DNA from: an uncultured delta proteobacterium
GTDB taxonomy: Bacteria; Myxococcota_A; Polyangia; Fen-1088
Direction of reading: 5' to 3'
NCBI GenBank assembly: GCA_963767925.1
Contig: CAVYGB010000008.1
Span: 1,632,001-1,696,000, forward strand
Length of the DNA: 64,000 bases
Of this stretch, positions 34,953-44,392 are shown piece by piece. Made by a program: the position numbers and the translations under genes. Below the pieces are notes generated by a model. It did not search any database, was not told the origin of the DNA, and was given only the letters and a program-made list of their open reading frames with translations. Each line of letters begins with the position of its first letter. The stretch's first letter is position 1.

Positions 34953-36764
34953 TCAGAGCGCGGCGGGCGAACTGGCGTTTCCGCTGAGCTCCTCGAGGGC
35001 CCGGCGAACGGCGCCCGACTCGATGGCCGCGAGATGCCGGACGGTGGGCGCCAGCTCGCCCATGGGAAACCCCCGCAGGCGCACCAGCGCGCGCTCGTAG
35101 ATCGGTCCCCGCTCGCGGCGGAGCACGTCGAGCAGGAAATACCCCGCCTCCAGGTTGCCGATGTCGGCGATGGCGTCGAGGGCGGCCAGCCGCACCGCCG
35201 TCTCGGGGAACTCACGAAAGATCCGGCCCAGCGGCTCGAGGCCGTCGCGGAAGTGGAGCGCCCGCAGAGCGCGGAGGGCGCCCTGACGGACCATCTCGTC
35301 CGGATCGACCAGCCCCTGCCGGACCAGGCCGAAGCTGCGCTTGCAATACACCTGGGCCACCGCCGCCATCACCCGCGCGCGCACCCGCCCTTCGCGGTGC
35401 AGGGCCAGGTGCTCGAGCGGGCGCAGCACCTCGTAGACCTGCACGGCGCCGAGGGCGTCGGCCAGGTCGGAGGCCGCCCCCGCCTCGTCGAGAGAGATGT
35501 TCTCGTCCACGCAGTGGAGCAGGGCCCGCAGCGCGGCCCGGGCGAAGGGGGCGTGATCGACCCGCTCGACGACCACGTAGGCCAGCACCGGCACAGGCCG
35601 GCCATCGAGCTCCCACTCGATGATGTCCTGGCGCCACACGTCCTGGTAGGCGTCGGTGCGGCGCAGGTAGTCCGGGAAGGAGGGGCCCGGGGCGGCCCGT
35701 TCGCCCTTGGCCCGGAAGCGCGCGGCCAGCGCGGCGTAGCGCTCCTTGCGCTTGGGAGCCAGCGGCAGCTCGGCCGCCGCCGCATACAGCTCGGCGCAGA
35801 AGACGAGATCGCCCATCGCCGCGCTGACGTCGATGGCCGAGACGAGCGCGTTTTCGGCCATCTCGCTCGGTCCCCCGGCCGCCATGGTGTGGCGGGCCGC
35901 CTCGGCGAACAGGGTGGCCGCCCGCTGCCGGTAGTGGCGCTCGTAGAGCAGCCCGACCTTGGCACAATATTCGGCGGCTTCCCGGGCCAGGGTGGCGGCG
36001 GCCTGCCACTCCCGGCTCTGGACGGCGTAGGCCAGGAAGTCCTCGTAGTACTGCAGGACATAGAACTTCTGATCGTCGGCGGCCAGCAGGCGGATGGCGT
36101 TGAGGTACCCCTCGGCGACGTTCTCGAACGACCCGGTGTCGCGCCCCAGGCGCAGCAGGATCCCGTAGCAGTCGAAGGCGCGCTCGCGCTGGCCCCGCCG
36201 CTCGAACTCGTCGGCCAGCTCCTCGAGCATCTCCTGGGTGGCGGCCGAGACCCGGCGGGCCGCCGTGTGGTCGCCGACGCGGCGGAGGGCCTCGGCGAGG
36301 TTGAAGTGGACGAGGGCCCGCTCGTAGGGCCGGTCCCGCAGGCGGTCGTCGCGCAGGAGCTGCTCCCAGAGCACCCGGGCGGCCGAGGGCTCGTTGGCGG
36401 CGTCGAGCTCCAGGGCGGCCAGCGCGGGGAAGCGCGCCCGGGCCAGGACCTCGGCGGCCTCGCGCCGCTGACCCCGGCGGGAGGCGGCCAGGGCCCACTC
36501 CACCGGCAGCGTCTCGGGATCGAAGCAGCGCTCGGCGTCGAGGAACCGGCGCAGGGCGAGCAGCACGTAGCCCGCCTCTCGCTTGCGAGACAGGAGCTGG
36601 TAGGCGGTGAGGGTGCCCTCCAGCCAGCTCTCGTACAGCCCGGGCTCGAAGACCGTCGTCCGGCGCAGCAGCGAGCGGTAGAGGGAGAGCGCCTCGCCGG
36701 GCCGGCCGGTGCGCAGCGAGCGGTCGGCCCGCTCCTTGAGATCGATCTCCTCCCGGGTCGGCAT
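34953..36764 (-). CDS. TPR/SNAP-like helical repeat protein with C-terminal HEAT repeats
   Basis: Repeated amphipathic helices; DPDEMVRQGALRAL and ETAVRLAALDAIADIG HEAT-like units. Confidence 0.8.
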   Translation of the reverse strand: MPTREEIDLKERADRSLRTGRPGEALSLYRSLLRRTTVFEPGLYESWLEGTLTAYQLLSRKREAGYVLLALRRFLDAERCFDPETLPVEWALAASRRGQRREAAEVLARARFPALAALELDAANEPSAARVLWEQLLRDDRLRDRPYERALVHFNLAEALRRVGDHTAARRVSAATQEMLEELADEFERRGQRERAFDCYGILLRLGRDTGSFENVAEGYLNAIRLLAADDQKFYVLQYYEDFLAYAVQSREWQAAATLAREAAEYCAKVGLLYERHYRQRAATLFAEAARHTMAAGGPSEMAENALVSAIDVSAAMGDLVFCAELYAAAAELPLAPKRKERYAALAARFRAKGERAAPGPSFPDYLRRTDAYQDVWRQDIIEWELDGRPVPVLAYVVVERVDHAPFARAALRALLHCVDENISLDEAGAASDLADALGAVQVYEVLRPLEHLALHREGRVRARVMAAVAQVYCKRSFGLVRQGLVDPDEMVRQGALRALRALHFRDGLEPLGRIFREFPETAVRLAALDAIADIGNLEAGYFLLDVLRRERGPIYERALVRLRGFPMGELAPTVRHLAAIESGAVRRALEELSGNASSPAAL

Positions 36765-36770
36765 GGACCG

Positions 36771-38228
36771 CTAGAGTTTAGCCGGCTCGGCGGCGTCGCG
36801 CGTGCTGGCCACCACGTCGCTGACGACGTCGAGAGCCCGGCGCCGGCGGTCGGAGGGATGGGCGATCGATTCGGCGGAGATGATCTGGTGCCCCGAGAGC
36901 AAGGGCAGGTACTCGAGGTCGAGCGGCTGGGTCGGCAGCACGAAGATGCCGTACACGGCGGCGTGTCGGCGCAGCGCCTGCATGACCGCCACCGGGATGT
37001 GGCATTCGCCGTGGGTGATGACCGTGATGGCCACCTGTCGCCCCGAGCTGTCGCGCCCCGGTCGGGCGAGCTCGTCGCGCAGCTCCCCGAACACGCGCGC
37101 GTAGTTGCGCCCCTGCTCCGACCGGAAGCAGAGCAGGTAAGGCAGCTCGCGGCCGCCGAGGGCCCCCGCCTCGACCCGCCGGTGCAGTCGGCTGTCGAAG
37201 AACGACAGCCAGACCTCGCCGCCCAGGAGGGTCAGCTTCCGGGCCAGGGCCAGCCCCAGGCCGCGGGCCACCACCTCCCGCGATCCCCGCATCGAGGCGC
37301 TGGCGTCGATCAGGATGCCGTGGGTCCGCTTGTGACCTTCGTTGGGCCGCTGGTGGCCGTAATAGAGGAGCTCTTCGGACAGGGCCCGCTGGGCGAAGAT
37401 CTCGGAGTCGTGGGCCAGCTCGCCCGGCAGGAGGGCGTCGAGGCTCCCCCGCCGCTCGACCGACGCGTACCCATCGACGGCGAACCGCTGCACCGCCGCG
37501 GCCCGCTTTGTCTCCAGCAGGGAGGGCAGGAGCTGCAGCGAGAACTCGGCGATCTGGCCGGCCCCCACCGTATTGGCGAGCTGGTACAGGTCCGGGAGAT
37601 CGGGCAGCGCGGTCGACGAGGAGAGGCCGAACAGGCGAAACACTCCCAGCTCGGTCTGCTCCAGCCGCACCAGGAGAATGCCCTGCTCCTCGCCGAGCGC
37701 CTTGAGGAAGCCCACCGCCCAGTCGGGCGGCTGCTGCCGGCGCAGGTCGGCGAGGGGGCGGCTGTAGAGGGGTGAGGCCAGCGGCAGCAGGGGCAACAGA
37801 CCGACCGTCCGTTCGCCGGCCGCCCAGCGCCGGTGCAGGTCGCCGAGCAGCCGGGCCAGCAGGATGACCACCACCTCGTCCCGCAGAGCGACGGCCCCCT
37901 CCAGGGCGGCGCGCGCCTCCGAGCCGGCCACCGCCTCCAGCAACAGCCGATAGCGGGCCACCGCCGCCGCTTCGGCCCCCGGCGCCCGCCCGGGCAGGCG
38001 GGGCCCCGGCCCCTCCCGCAGGCGGGTGCCGCGGGGGCGGGACAGCAACAGCCCCAGGTCGTGGACCGCCACCAGGGGGGGCGACAGCCCGAGCTTGACC
38101 AGCCCGTTCCACCAGACCGCCGCCTGCAGGGCGCTGCCGGCGGCCGGCTCGACCCCGGCGAAGCCCAGCGTGGCGAGCTGCCGCGCCAGCTCTGCCTCCC
38201 CCCGCGCGCTGTCCGCCAGGTGATCCAC
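36771..38228 (-). CDS. vWA domain protein, ViaA-like
   Basis: RRGSLDALLPGELA...ELLYY segment preceding ILIDASASMRG (MIDAS DxSxS); SFFD; ITHG. Confidence 0.82.
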   Translation of the reverse strand: MDHLADSARGEAELARQLATLGFAGVEPAAGSALQAAVWWNGLVKLGLSPPLVAVHDLGLLLSRPRGTRLREGPGPRLPGRAPGAEAAAVARYRLLLEAVAGSEARAALEGAVALRDEVVVILLARLLGDLHRRWAAGERTVGLLPLLPLASPLYSRPLADLRRQQPPDWAVGFLKALGEEQGILLVRLEQTELGVFRLFGLSSSTALPDLPDLYQLANTVGAGQIAEFSLQLLPSLLETKRAAAVQRFAVDGYASVERRGSLDALLPGELAHDSEIFAQRALSEELLYYGHQRPNEGHKRTHGILIDASASMRGSREVVARGLGLALARKLTLLGGEVWLSFFDSRLHRRVEAGALGGRELPYLLCFRSEQGRNYARVFGELRDELARPGRDSSGRQVAITVITHGECHIPVAVMQALRRHAAVYGIFVLPTQPLDLEYLPLLSGHQIISAESIAHPSDRRRRALDVVSDVVASTRDAAEPAKL

Positions 38229-38274
38229 GACGGAGAGACGTTAGCAGAAATGGCGGAGCCGGCCGCCCGTCGAG

Positions 38275-39138
38275 CTAGGCGGCGGCGCCTCCAGGTCGTC
38301 GTCGGGCGGAGATGAGGGTGTTTTCCAGCAACATGGCGATGGTCATGGGGCCCACCCCGCCGGGGACGGGGCTGATGGCCGCCGCGCGCTCCCGGGCCGG
38401 AGCGAACTCGACGTCTCCCACCAGCCGGCCGTCGGGGAGGCGGTTGGTGCCGACGTCGATCACCACCGCCCCTTCCTTGATCCAGGCGCCGCGGATCGCC
38501 TCGGGGCGGCCCAGGGCGGCCACCACGATGTCCGCGCGCGTGATCTCGGCGCCCAGGTCGCGGGTGCGGGAGTGGCACACGGTCACGGTGGCGTCCGCGG
38601 CTTGCAGGAGCAGGGCCATCGGCTTGCCGACGATGTTGGAGCGGCCGACGACGACCGCCCGGGCCCCTGCGAGCTGCGCGCCCCCCTCGGCGAGCAGCCT
38701 CATCACGCCGCTGGGGGTGCAGGCCACGAAGCGGGGGTCGCCCACCAGCAGACGCCCGAGGTTGTCGGGGTGGAACCCGTCGACGTCCTTGGCGGGATCG
38801 ATCGCCAGCAGCAGGCGGCGGCTGTCGACGTGGGCCGGGAGCGGGAGCTGCACCAGGATGCCGTCGACCGCCGGGTCGGCGTTGAGGCGGCGGACCAGGT
38901 CGAGCAGCGTGGCCTCGGACGTGTCGGCCGGCAGATGGTGGTCGAAGGTGCGAAACCCGACCTCGGCGCAGGCCCGGGTCTTGTTGCGGACGTAGACCTG
39001 GGAGGCAGGGTCCTCTCCCACCAGCACGACGGCGAGGCCGGGTTGGACCCCGGAGGGGGCCAGCCGGCGGACCTCCTCCGCGATGCCGGTGCGGATCCGT
39101 TGCGCCAGCGCCTTGCCATCGATGATCGTCGCCGCCAT
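38275..39138 (-). CDS. folD: Bifunctional methylenetetrahydrofolate dehydrogenase/cyclohydrolase
   Basis: [30 protein letters not shown] and [10 protein letters not shown] motifs. Confidence 0.97.
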   Translation of the reverse strand: MAATIIDGKALAQRIRTGIAEEVRRLAPSGVQPGLAVVLVGEDPASQVYVRNKTRACAEVGFRTFDHHLPADTSEATLLDLVRRLNADPAVDGILVQLPLPAHVDSRRLLLAIDPAKDVDGFHPDNLGRLLVGDPRFVACTPSGVMRLLAEGGAQLAGARAVVVGRSNIVGKPMALLLQAADATVTVCHSRTRDLGAEITRADIVVAALGRPEAIRGAWIKEGAVVIDVGTNRLPDGRLVGDVEFAPARERAAAISPVPGGVGPMTIAMLLENTLISARRRPGGAAA

Positions 39139-39275
39139 GGCAGCGCGCTTAGCACATCAGCGGGCCCACCGCCAAGGCGGTGCGGAATCCGGAGGGGCGT
39201 CCGGTTTCCCCGCTGCCGGTGGTCGAGGTCCGGCGGCCGGATCGCCTCGCTCGCGGCGGCGCGCGGGGTCGCGGC

Positions 39276-39291
39276 CGGCACGGGGTTTGCC
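39276..39291 (+). promoter_or_regulatory. Candidate sigma54 (-24/-12) promoter
   Basis: CGGCACG-GGGT-TTGC matches TGGCACG-N4-TTGC except at the first base; 13 bp before the ATG at 39304. Confidence 0.5.
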
Positions 39292-39303
39292 GTCCCCTGG
39301 CCC

Positions 39304-41169
39304 ATGAGCCCGGCTTCTCTCTCGTGCCTGCTGGCGACCCTGGCGGCGGACGTACGCCTCGTGGCCAGCGGCGATCTCGTCGCGGTCCTGGAGGAGGCGG
39401 AGGTGCGGGTCTTCTCGCAAGACGGGCGGCTGCTCACCCGGCTCCCGGGCGCGCCGGAGCCACCTCCACCCGAGGCGACCGCCCGGACCGAGGGCGAGGC
39501 GCTGCGCGAGGGGATCTTCGACCTTCACGACATCCCGCTCGAGCTGCGCGACTCGCCCGAGGCCGAGGATCTGCTCGACGACGAGCTGCCGCTGTCCGCC
39601 CGTCGGGCGCCACCCGGGTCGGCGGGCGACCTCGGGTACCAGCCGGGCCGGGCGCTCGCCGCCGCGGACGGCGCGGGCGGCGTGTGGCTCGCCAGGGGCC
39701 GGCACCTCACCCGGATCGCGCCGGCGCGCGGGACCATCCGCCTCGCCTCCCTGCCGGTCGCGCCGGGGGCGATGGCCGCCGCCGCCGGCGTGCTGGTCCT
39801 GGCCACGCCGGGCGGCCTGCGCGTCTCGGCCGACGGTGGGCACGGGTTGCGAACGCTCGTCGGGCTCGAGCGGGCAGCGATCCACCTGGCCGCGCATCCG
39901 GCGCTTCGCTGGATCGCCTGGTCGGATGGCTCGGGGGTCCGGGCGTGGCGTGGTTCGGGGGTCGAGCGGGTCGCCGTGCTCGGGGACGTCCACGCCCTCG
40001 CGAGCTGCGGGGGCGGACTCGTGGTGCTGACCTCCGCGGGCCTCTACGTCGGCAACGGAGATGGCCCGCCGGTGCGGGTGTCGGAGCCGTTGCCGGCCGC
40101 GACGATGAGCTGCCCGCCATCGGGGCCTGGCGCCTGGCTGTTCGCGGGGGACGGCCTGCTCGAGTCGATCGACGGAGGGCAGAGCTTCCGCCCGCGGGCG
40201 GATGCGCCCCCCGGGCCGCTGCGGGCGGTGGCGCAGGCGGGCGATCGGATCTGGGTCGCTTCTGTCGATGGCATCCACCTCCTGGGGGCCGAGCCAGCAC
40301 CAGTGCTCGCGCGCGCGCTGTCCGGCGAGCTTGCCACCGGCGTCCTGGCGCCCGCGACGCCGGGCTGGGCCGCCTGGCTGGCGCCCCGCCTGACGATGAC
40401 CGCCAGCTACCAGCGGACAGCCAGGCGGAGGGACTGGCGCGCCCTGGCCCTCGCCGAGGTCCCGCTGGGAGGAGCCGACCCGGCGCTGCGATACCCCACC
40501 TTGCAGGTCCGGCGGGCGGCTCTGACCGACCCGACCGGGGCCGAGCAGGTCTCCCCACACGCCCCCGCTCCGCCCTACCCGTTCGCTCCGTCCTCGCCTC
40601 TGGTGTCGCCGCCGCTCGCGCCGCGGTTCACCTACCCGCCCCGCGACCCTGACGCCGCCTGCCTGCTAGCCACCCGGACCCGCGCTGTGGCCCTCGCCCA
40701 GGCGGAGGCGGAGCGGGCGCGCTCGCTGGTGGTCCGGGCCGGGCGGGCGGCCTGGCTCCCCGAGCTGCGCCTGCTGGCCCAGCGGCGTCTCGGCCGCAGC
40801 GAGTCCCTCGATGTGCGGACCAGCGCGAGCACGACAACGCGTGACGCGCTTGGGCTCGATGCTTCGAATGACGTACGATACGAGGTGAGGGCAACCTGGG
40901 ACCTTCCCCGGCTGATCTTCAGCCCCGAGGAGGTAGCCGCCGTGCAACAGGGCTTAAGAATCGCGGACATGAGACGAGAGATCGAGGCGCAGGTGAACCG
41001 CGTTTACTTCGAGCGACGCCGCCTCCTCGTGAACCCCGCCGGTGACCCGCCGATCGAGGCCACGGGTGCCTTGCTGCGTGTCGAGGAGCTCGAGGCGGAG
41101 CTGGACGCCCTCAGCGGCAGTGAGTTCTCGCGTTGCCGCGCCATCGGGGCCTCCCGTCTCGGCCCATGA
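39304..41169 (+). CDS. Hypothetical protein: beta-propeller/Asp-box-like N-terminal part plus TolC-like helical C-terminal part
   Basis: VSADGG and ESIDGGQSF Asp-box-like motifs; AWLPELRL...ATWDLPRLIF...VNRVYFERRRL; start uncertain. Confidence 0.65.
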   Translation: MSPASLSCLLATLAADVRLVASGDLVAVLEEAEVRVFSQDGRLLTRLPGAPEPPPPEATARTEGEALREGIFDLHDIPLELRDSPEAEDLLDDELPLSARRAPPGSAGDLGYQPGRALAAADGAGGVWLARGRHLTRIAPARGTIRLASLPVAPGAMAAAAGVLVLATPGGLRVSADGGHGLRTLVGLERAAIHLAAHPALRWIAWSDGSGVRAWRGSGVERVAVLGDVHALASCGGGLVVLTSAGLYVGNGDGPPVRVSEPLPAATMSCPPSGPGAWLFAGDGLLESIDGGQSFRPRADAPPGPLRAVAQAGDRIWVASVDGIHLLGAEPAPVLARALSGELATGVLAPATPGWAAWLAPRLTMTASYQRTARRRDWRALALAEVPLGGADPALRYPTLQVRRAALTDPTGAEQVSPHAPAPPYPFAPSSPLVSPPLAPRFTYPPRDPDAACLLATRTRAVALAQAEAERARSLVVRAGRAAWLPELRLLAQRRLGRSESLDVRTSASTTTRDALGLDASNDVRYEVRATWDLPRLIFSPEEVAAVQQGLRIADMRREIEAQVNRVYFERRRLLVNPAGDPPIEATGALLRVEELEAELDALSGSEFSRCRAIGASRLGP

Positions 41170-41600
41170 GCCAGCCACCGGAGCCGCGCCGCCATCCGCG
41201 CTATGCCGTCGACGTCGACGCCGCGATCACGCTGAGCGATGGCCGACGGCTGCGGATGCGCACGCGAGATCTATCGCGCAACGGGGTCTGCCTGATCGCA
41301 GGCGAGCTCGTGTCGCCCGGCCAGCGGTCCTCTGTCGATCTGGTGCTCTCGTTTGGCAACAACGCCTTCTCGGAGCCGCTGGTCCTGTCGGCGCGGGTGG
41401 TCTGGTGCACGAAGATCGGGGACGCGTTCCAGCTCGGGGCCATGTTCGACGAGGTGAGCGAGGAGCAAGACGGATTCCTCGAGATGTTCCTGCATTTCCT
41501 CGACGGCACCATCACCCCGAGCGGGGTTCACATCGCCGACGAGGAGCCGGCCCGGGCGCCGCCCAGCCCGGACGACAAGGACAACCCCTTCCGGGGTTGA
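41166..41600 (+). CDS. PilZ domain protein
   Basis: RRHPR (RxxxR) and DLSRNG (DxSxxG) motifs; ATGA overlap. Confidence 0.88.
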   Translation: MSQPPEPRRHPRYAVDVDAAITLSDGRRLRMRTRDLSRNGVCLIAGELVSPGQRSSVDLVLSFGNNAFSEPLVLSARVVWCTKIGDAFQLGAMFDEVSEEQDGFLEMFLHFLDGTITPSGVHIADEEPARAPPSPDDKDNPFRG

Positions 41601-41604
41601 GCCT

Positions 41605-43164
41605 TCAGGCCAGCCAGGTGCCGAGCAGGGCGGCCGCTGCGCGCGCGCCATCGGCGGCGGCGCTGACGATGCCGCCCGCGTAGCCGGCCCCCTCGCCCAC
41701 CGGCAGCAGACCGGCGAGCCCCGGGGAGGCATAGGTCGTGGGGTCGCGGAGGATGCGCACGGGCGCGCTGGTTCGCGTCTCGGCAGCCACCAGCACGGCG
41801 TCGCCGTGGCGGTAGCCGGGAAACCGGCGAACCAGGGCCTCCAGGCCGGCCCGCAGCGCGCTGGCGACGAAGCTCGGGTAGACCTGCTCGAGCGCGACCC
41901 CCACAATCCCGGGCCGATAGCTGGTGGCCGGCAGGCTCGAGCTGGCCCGGCCGGCGAGAAAGTCGACCAGGCGCTGGGCCGGCGCCTGGAACCCGCCGCC
42001 CCCCAGCCGGAAGGCGGCCGCCTCGATGCTCTGCTGGAAGGTCACGCCGGCCAGCACCCCCGCCGCCTCGGGACCGAAGTCGGCGGCCCGCACCTCGACC
42101 ACCATGCCCGAGTTGGCAAAGGGTGAGTCGCGCCGGGACAGGCTCATGCCGTTGACCACCACCCCCTCGGGCTCGGTCGCCGCGGGCACGATCCAGCCCC
42201 CGGGACACATGCAGAAGCTGTAGACACCCCGCCCGTTGCCCGAGGCCTTCAGCTCGTAGAAGGCCGGGGGCAAAGCGGGATGGCCGGCGTGGGCCCCGTA
42301 CTGCAGGCGGTTGATGACCGGCTGGGGATGTTCGATCCGCACCCCGACCGCCAGGTCCTTGCGGGCCATCGCCACCCCCGCCTCCGCCAGCCAGCGGTAG
42401 GTCGACCGGGCGGAGTGGCCCACCGCCAGCACCACGGCGTCCGCGGCCAGCTCTGCGCCCGAGCGCAGGCGCACCGCCCGGACCCGCCCCCCGTCCGCCT
42501 GCAGCCCGACCGCCTCGCACTCGAAGCGGTACTGGACGCCCGCCGCCTCGAGGTGGGTGCGCAGGGTGGTCAGGACCTTCGGCAGGAGGTTCGAGCCGAC
42601 ATGGGGGCGGGCCTCCACCGCGATCTGCGGCGGGGCACCGAAGCGAACCAGATCGGCCAGCACGCGGGCCACCGTCCCCCGATCCTTGCTGCGCGTGTAG
42701 AGCTTCCCGTCGGAGTAGGTGCCCGCTCCCCCCTCTCCGAAGCAGTAATTCGAGTCGGGATCGAGGGTCCCCCGCTGCAGGTTCGCCAGATCGCGCCGGC
42801 GGGGCTGCACCGGTTTGCCCCGCTCGACGATGGTGCAGGGCAGGCCGGCCTCCGCCAGCCGGAGGGCGGCGAAGGCGCCCGCGGGCCCGGAGCCGAGGAC
42901 GACGATCTTCGGGAACGGCCGTCCCGCGGGCCAGCGCCGGGGTGCCGGGCCGGGGTCGGCCAGGAGGGTCGGTCCCGCCGCCGGACCCACCTCGACCCGG
43001 AGGTTGTAGCCGAGCGGCCGGCCCTTGCGGGCGTCGAGCGAGCGGCGCAGGAGCCGGACCTCCTCGGGCGCGAGGGCCCCGCGCCCGAGGGCGCGGGCGG
43101 CCACCTCGTGGAGGGGGGCCTCCGCCTCGGCGATGGGCAGGAAGAGATCGACGACGGTGCTCAC
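41605..43164 (-). CDS. Uncharacterised FAD-dependent oxidoreductase
   Basis: GSGPAG, FGEGGAGTYSDGKL, SFCMCPGG and GEGAGYAGGIVSAA motifs. Confidence 0.9.
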   Translation of the reverse strand: MSTVVDLFLPIAEAEAPLHEVAARALGRGALAPEEVRLLRRSLDARKGRPLGYNLRVEVGPAAGPTLLADPGPAPRRWPAGRPFPKIVVLGSGPAGAFAALRLAEAGLPCTIVERGKPVQPRRRDLANLQRGTLDPDSNYCFGEGGAGTYSDGKLYTRSKDRGTVARVLADLVRFGAPPQIAVEARPHVGSNLLPKVLTTLRTHLEAAGVQYRFECEAVGLQADGGRVRAVRLRSGAELAADAVVLAVGHSARSTYRWLAEAGVAMARKDLAVGVRIEHPQPVINRLQYGAHAGHPALPPAFYELKASGNGRGVYSFCMCPGGWIVPAATEPEGVVVNGMSLSRRDSPFANSGMVVEVRAADFGPEAAGVLAGVTFQQSIEAAAFRLGGGGFQAPAQRLVDFLAGRASSSLPATSYRPGIVGVALEQVYPSFVASALRAGLEALVRRFPGYRHGDAVLVAAETRTSAPVRILRDPTTYASPGLAGLLPVGEGAGYAGGIVSAAADGARAAAALLGTWLA

Positions 43165-43174
43165 GGCGAAATCA

Positions 43175-44170
43175 TCAGCGCGAGAGCCCCACCCGACGCC
43201 GGGCGACCAGGCAGTGGCGCCCGCCGCGTTCGAAGTCGCGGCAGGTGCGGGGCCGGTCCTGGTAGATCTCGCAGTGGTAGCCGCCGTCGTCCCGCTTCAG
43301 GGCTGCGCAGCGGTCGCCCGAGCGGAGCAGGGTGAAGCGGTGGCCGTTGCGAACCACCAGGGCTGGCTGCTTCCAGACCACCGGATCGCGCACCGACACG
43401 CTCACCGAGTGATAGGCCTCGCGGCAGCAGGCTCCGCAGCGGTCGCAGGCCACCGGCGGCTCCCAGCGGTCACAGGCCGCCAGGTCGGCGCGCACCCGCA
43501 GGCCGTCGCCCATCTCGGGCGCGGTCTGCCGGCACCGTTCGACGGGCGGCCCCCGCCCTCCGAGATAACGCCAGGCGCAGGTGCCGCAGGTCTCGCCGTC
43601 CCCCCGGTGGGGAAACCCGCTCGGATGTCCGACCTGGTTCCGCCGGGCCGCCACCCGGGCCGCCGTCGCGGCGAGCGCGCGGTGTATCACCGGCGCCAGC
43701 GGGCTGGCCTCGGCCAGGGCCGCGCCCCGGCGCGCCAGCTCGCAGGCGAGCTGATCGGCGACGCCAGCGGGCGCCAGCGGCTCGACCGGCAGCGCCCGGT
43801 AATAGGCCTGCCAGGGGGTCGTCGGGCACAGCTCCTCCCGGAGGCCGTGGCGGGCCGCCAGGTGGGCCTGCAGGCGCAGGCAGGCGGCCTCGGCCACGTC
43901 GTCCCGGTCGTCCGTGTTGTCGAGCCCCCAGTCGACCTGCGACCAGCGCGCCTCGCCTTGCACGAGCGCGTGACAGAGCTCGTGCAGCACGAGCTGGCAC
44001 AGGCTGTCGTCGGCATCGAGGGTCTCCGGCGTTCCCACCAGGATGGTCCCCTTGCCGTCGGTCGTGGCGTACGCGGCCTCGCCGCGCTCGACGCGGAAGC
44101 CGCATCCGGACGCGGCGTCGATCCAGAGCTGATCGATCTCGGCATCCGCGAGCGGGCTGGTCACCTCCAT
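43175..44170 (-). CDS. HExxH-domain plus YkgJ-family cysteine-cluster fusion protein
   Basis: LHELCH; CGTC; CDRCGACC...CEIYQDRPRTCRDF. Confidence 0.82.
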   Translation of the reverse strand: MEVTSPLADAEIDQLWIDAASGCGFRVERGEAAYATTDGKGTILVGTPETLDADDSLCQLVLHELCHALVQGEARWSQVDWGLDNTDDRDDVAEAACLRLQAHLAARHGLREELCPTTPWQAYYRALPVEPLAPAGVADQLACELARRGAALAEASPLAPVIHRALAATAARVAARRNQVGHPSGFPHRGDGETCGTCAWRYLGGRGPPVERCRQTAPEMGDGLRVRADLAACDRWEPPVACDRCGACCREAYHSVSVSVRDPVVWKQPALVVRNGHRFTLLRSGDRCAALKRDDGGYHCEIYQDRPRTCRDFERGGRHCLVARRRVGLSR

Positions 44171-44279
44171 GGGCGGGGGACTTTACGCGATCTCGCCGCG
44201 CAGGCCCGCCTCCGCGCAGGGGGCGGTGCGCCGACAGGTTATTTTCCCACATGTATTTTGTAATTTGTTTGACAGTACA

Positions 44280-44309
44280 TTGACGTGAAAAGTACGGCCG
44301 GGTAAGAAT
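44280..44309 (+). promoter_or_regulatory. Candidate sigma70-type promoter in an AT-rich intergenic patch
   Basis: TTGACG-N17-TAAGAAT. Confidence 0.45.
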
Positions 44310-44311
44310 TA

Positions 44312-44392
44312 GGGGAGAGCTAATCCGGTATGCGACACCAGCCCTGAAGGCGGGAGACGCGCAGATTGGCCTCTTCCAGGCGGTGTTGCCCG
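44312..44392 (+). promoter_or_regulatory. Candidate structured 5' leader RNA
   Basis: GGGAGAGCTAATC (44313-44325) pairs with GATTGGCCTCTTCC (44364-44377); alternative helix GCGACACC/GGTGTTGC. Confidence 0.35.

Noticed and set aside
35034..37775. Very long antisense/alternative-frame ORFs (this 913-aa one, also 50426-52798, 33006-34904 and 58005-59696)
   Set aside because: They are shadows of real genes in high-GC DNA where stop codons are rare, and they show no recognisable motifs
44312..44380. Glycine or SAM-I riboswitch
   Set aside because: GGAGAG, GAAGG and CAGG fragments are present, but spacing and core motifs do not fit, and the downstream gene is unrelated
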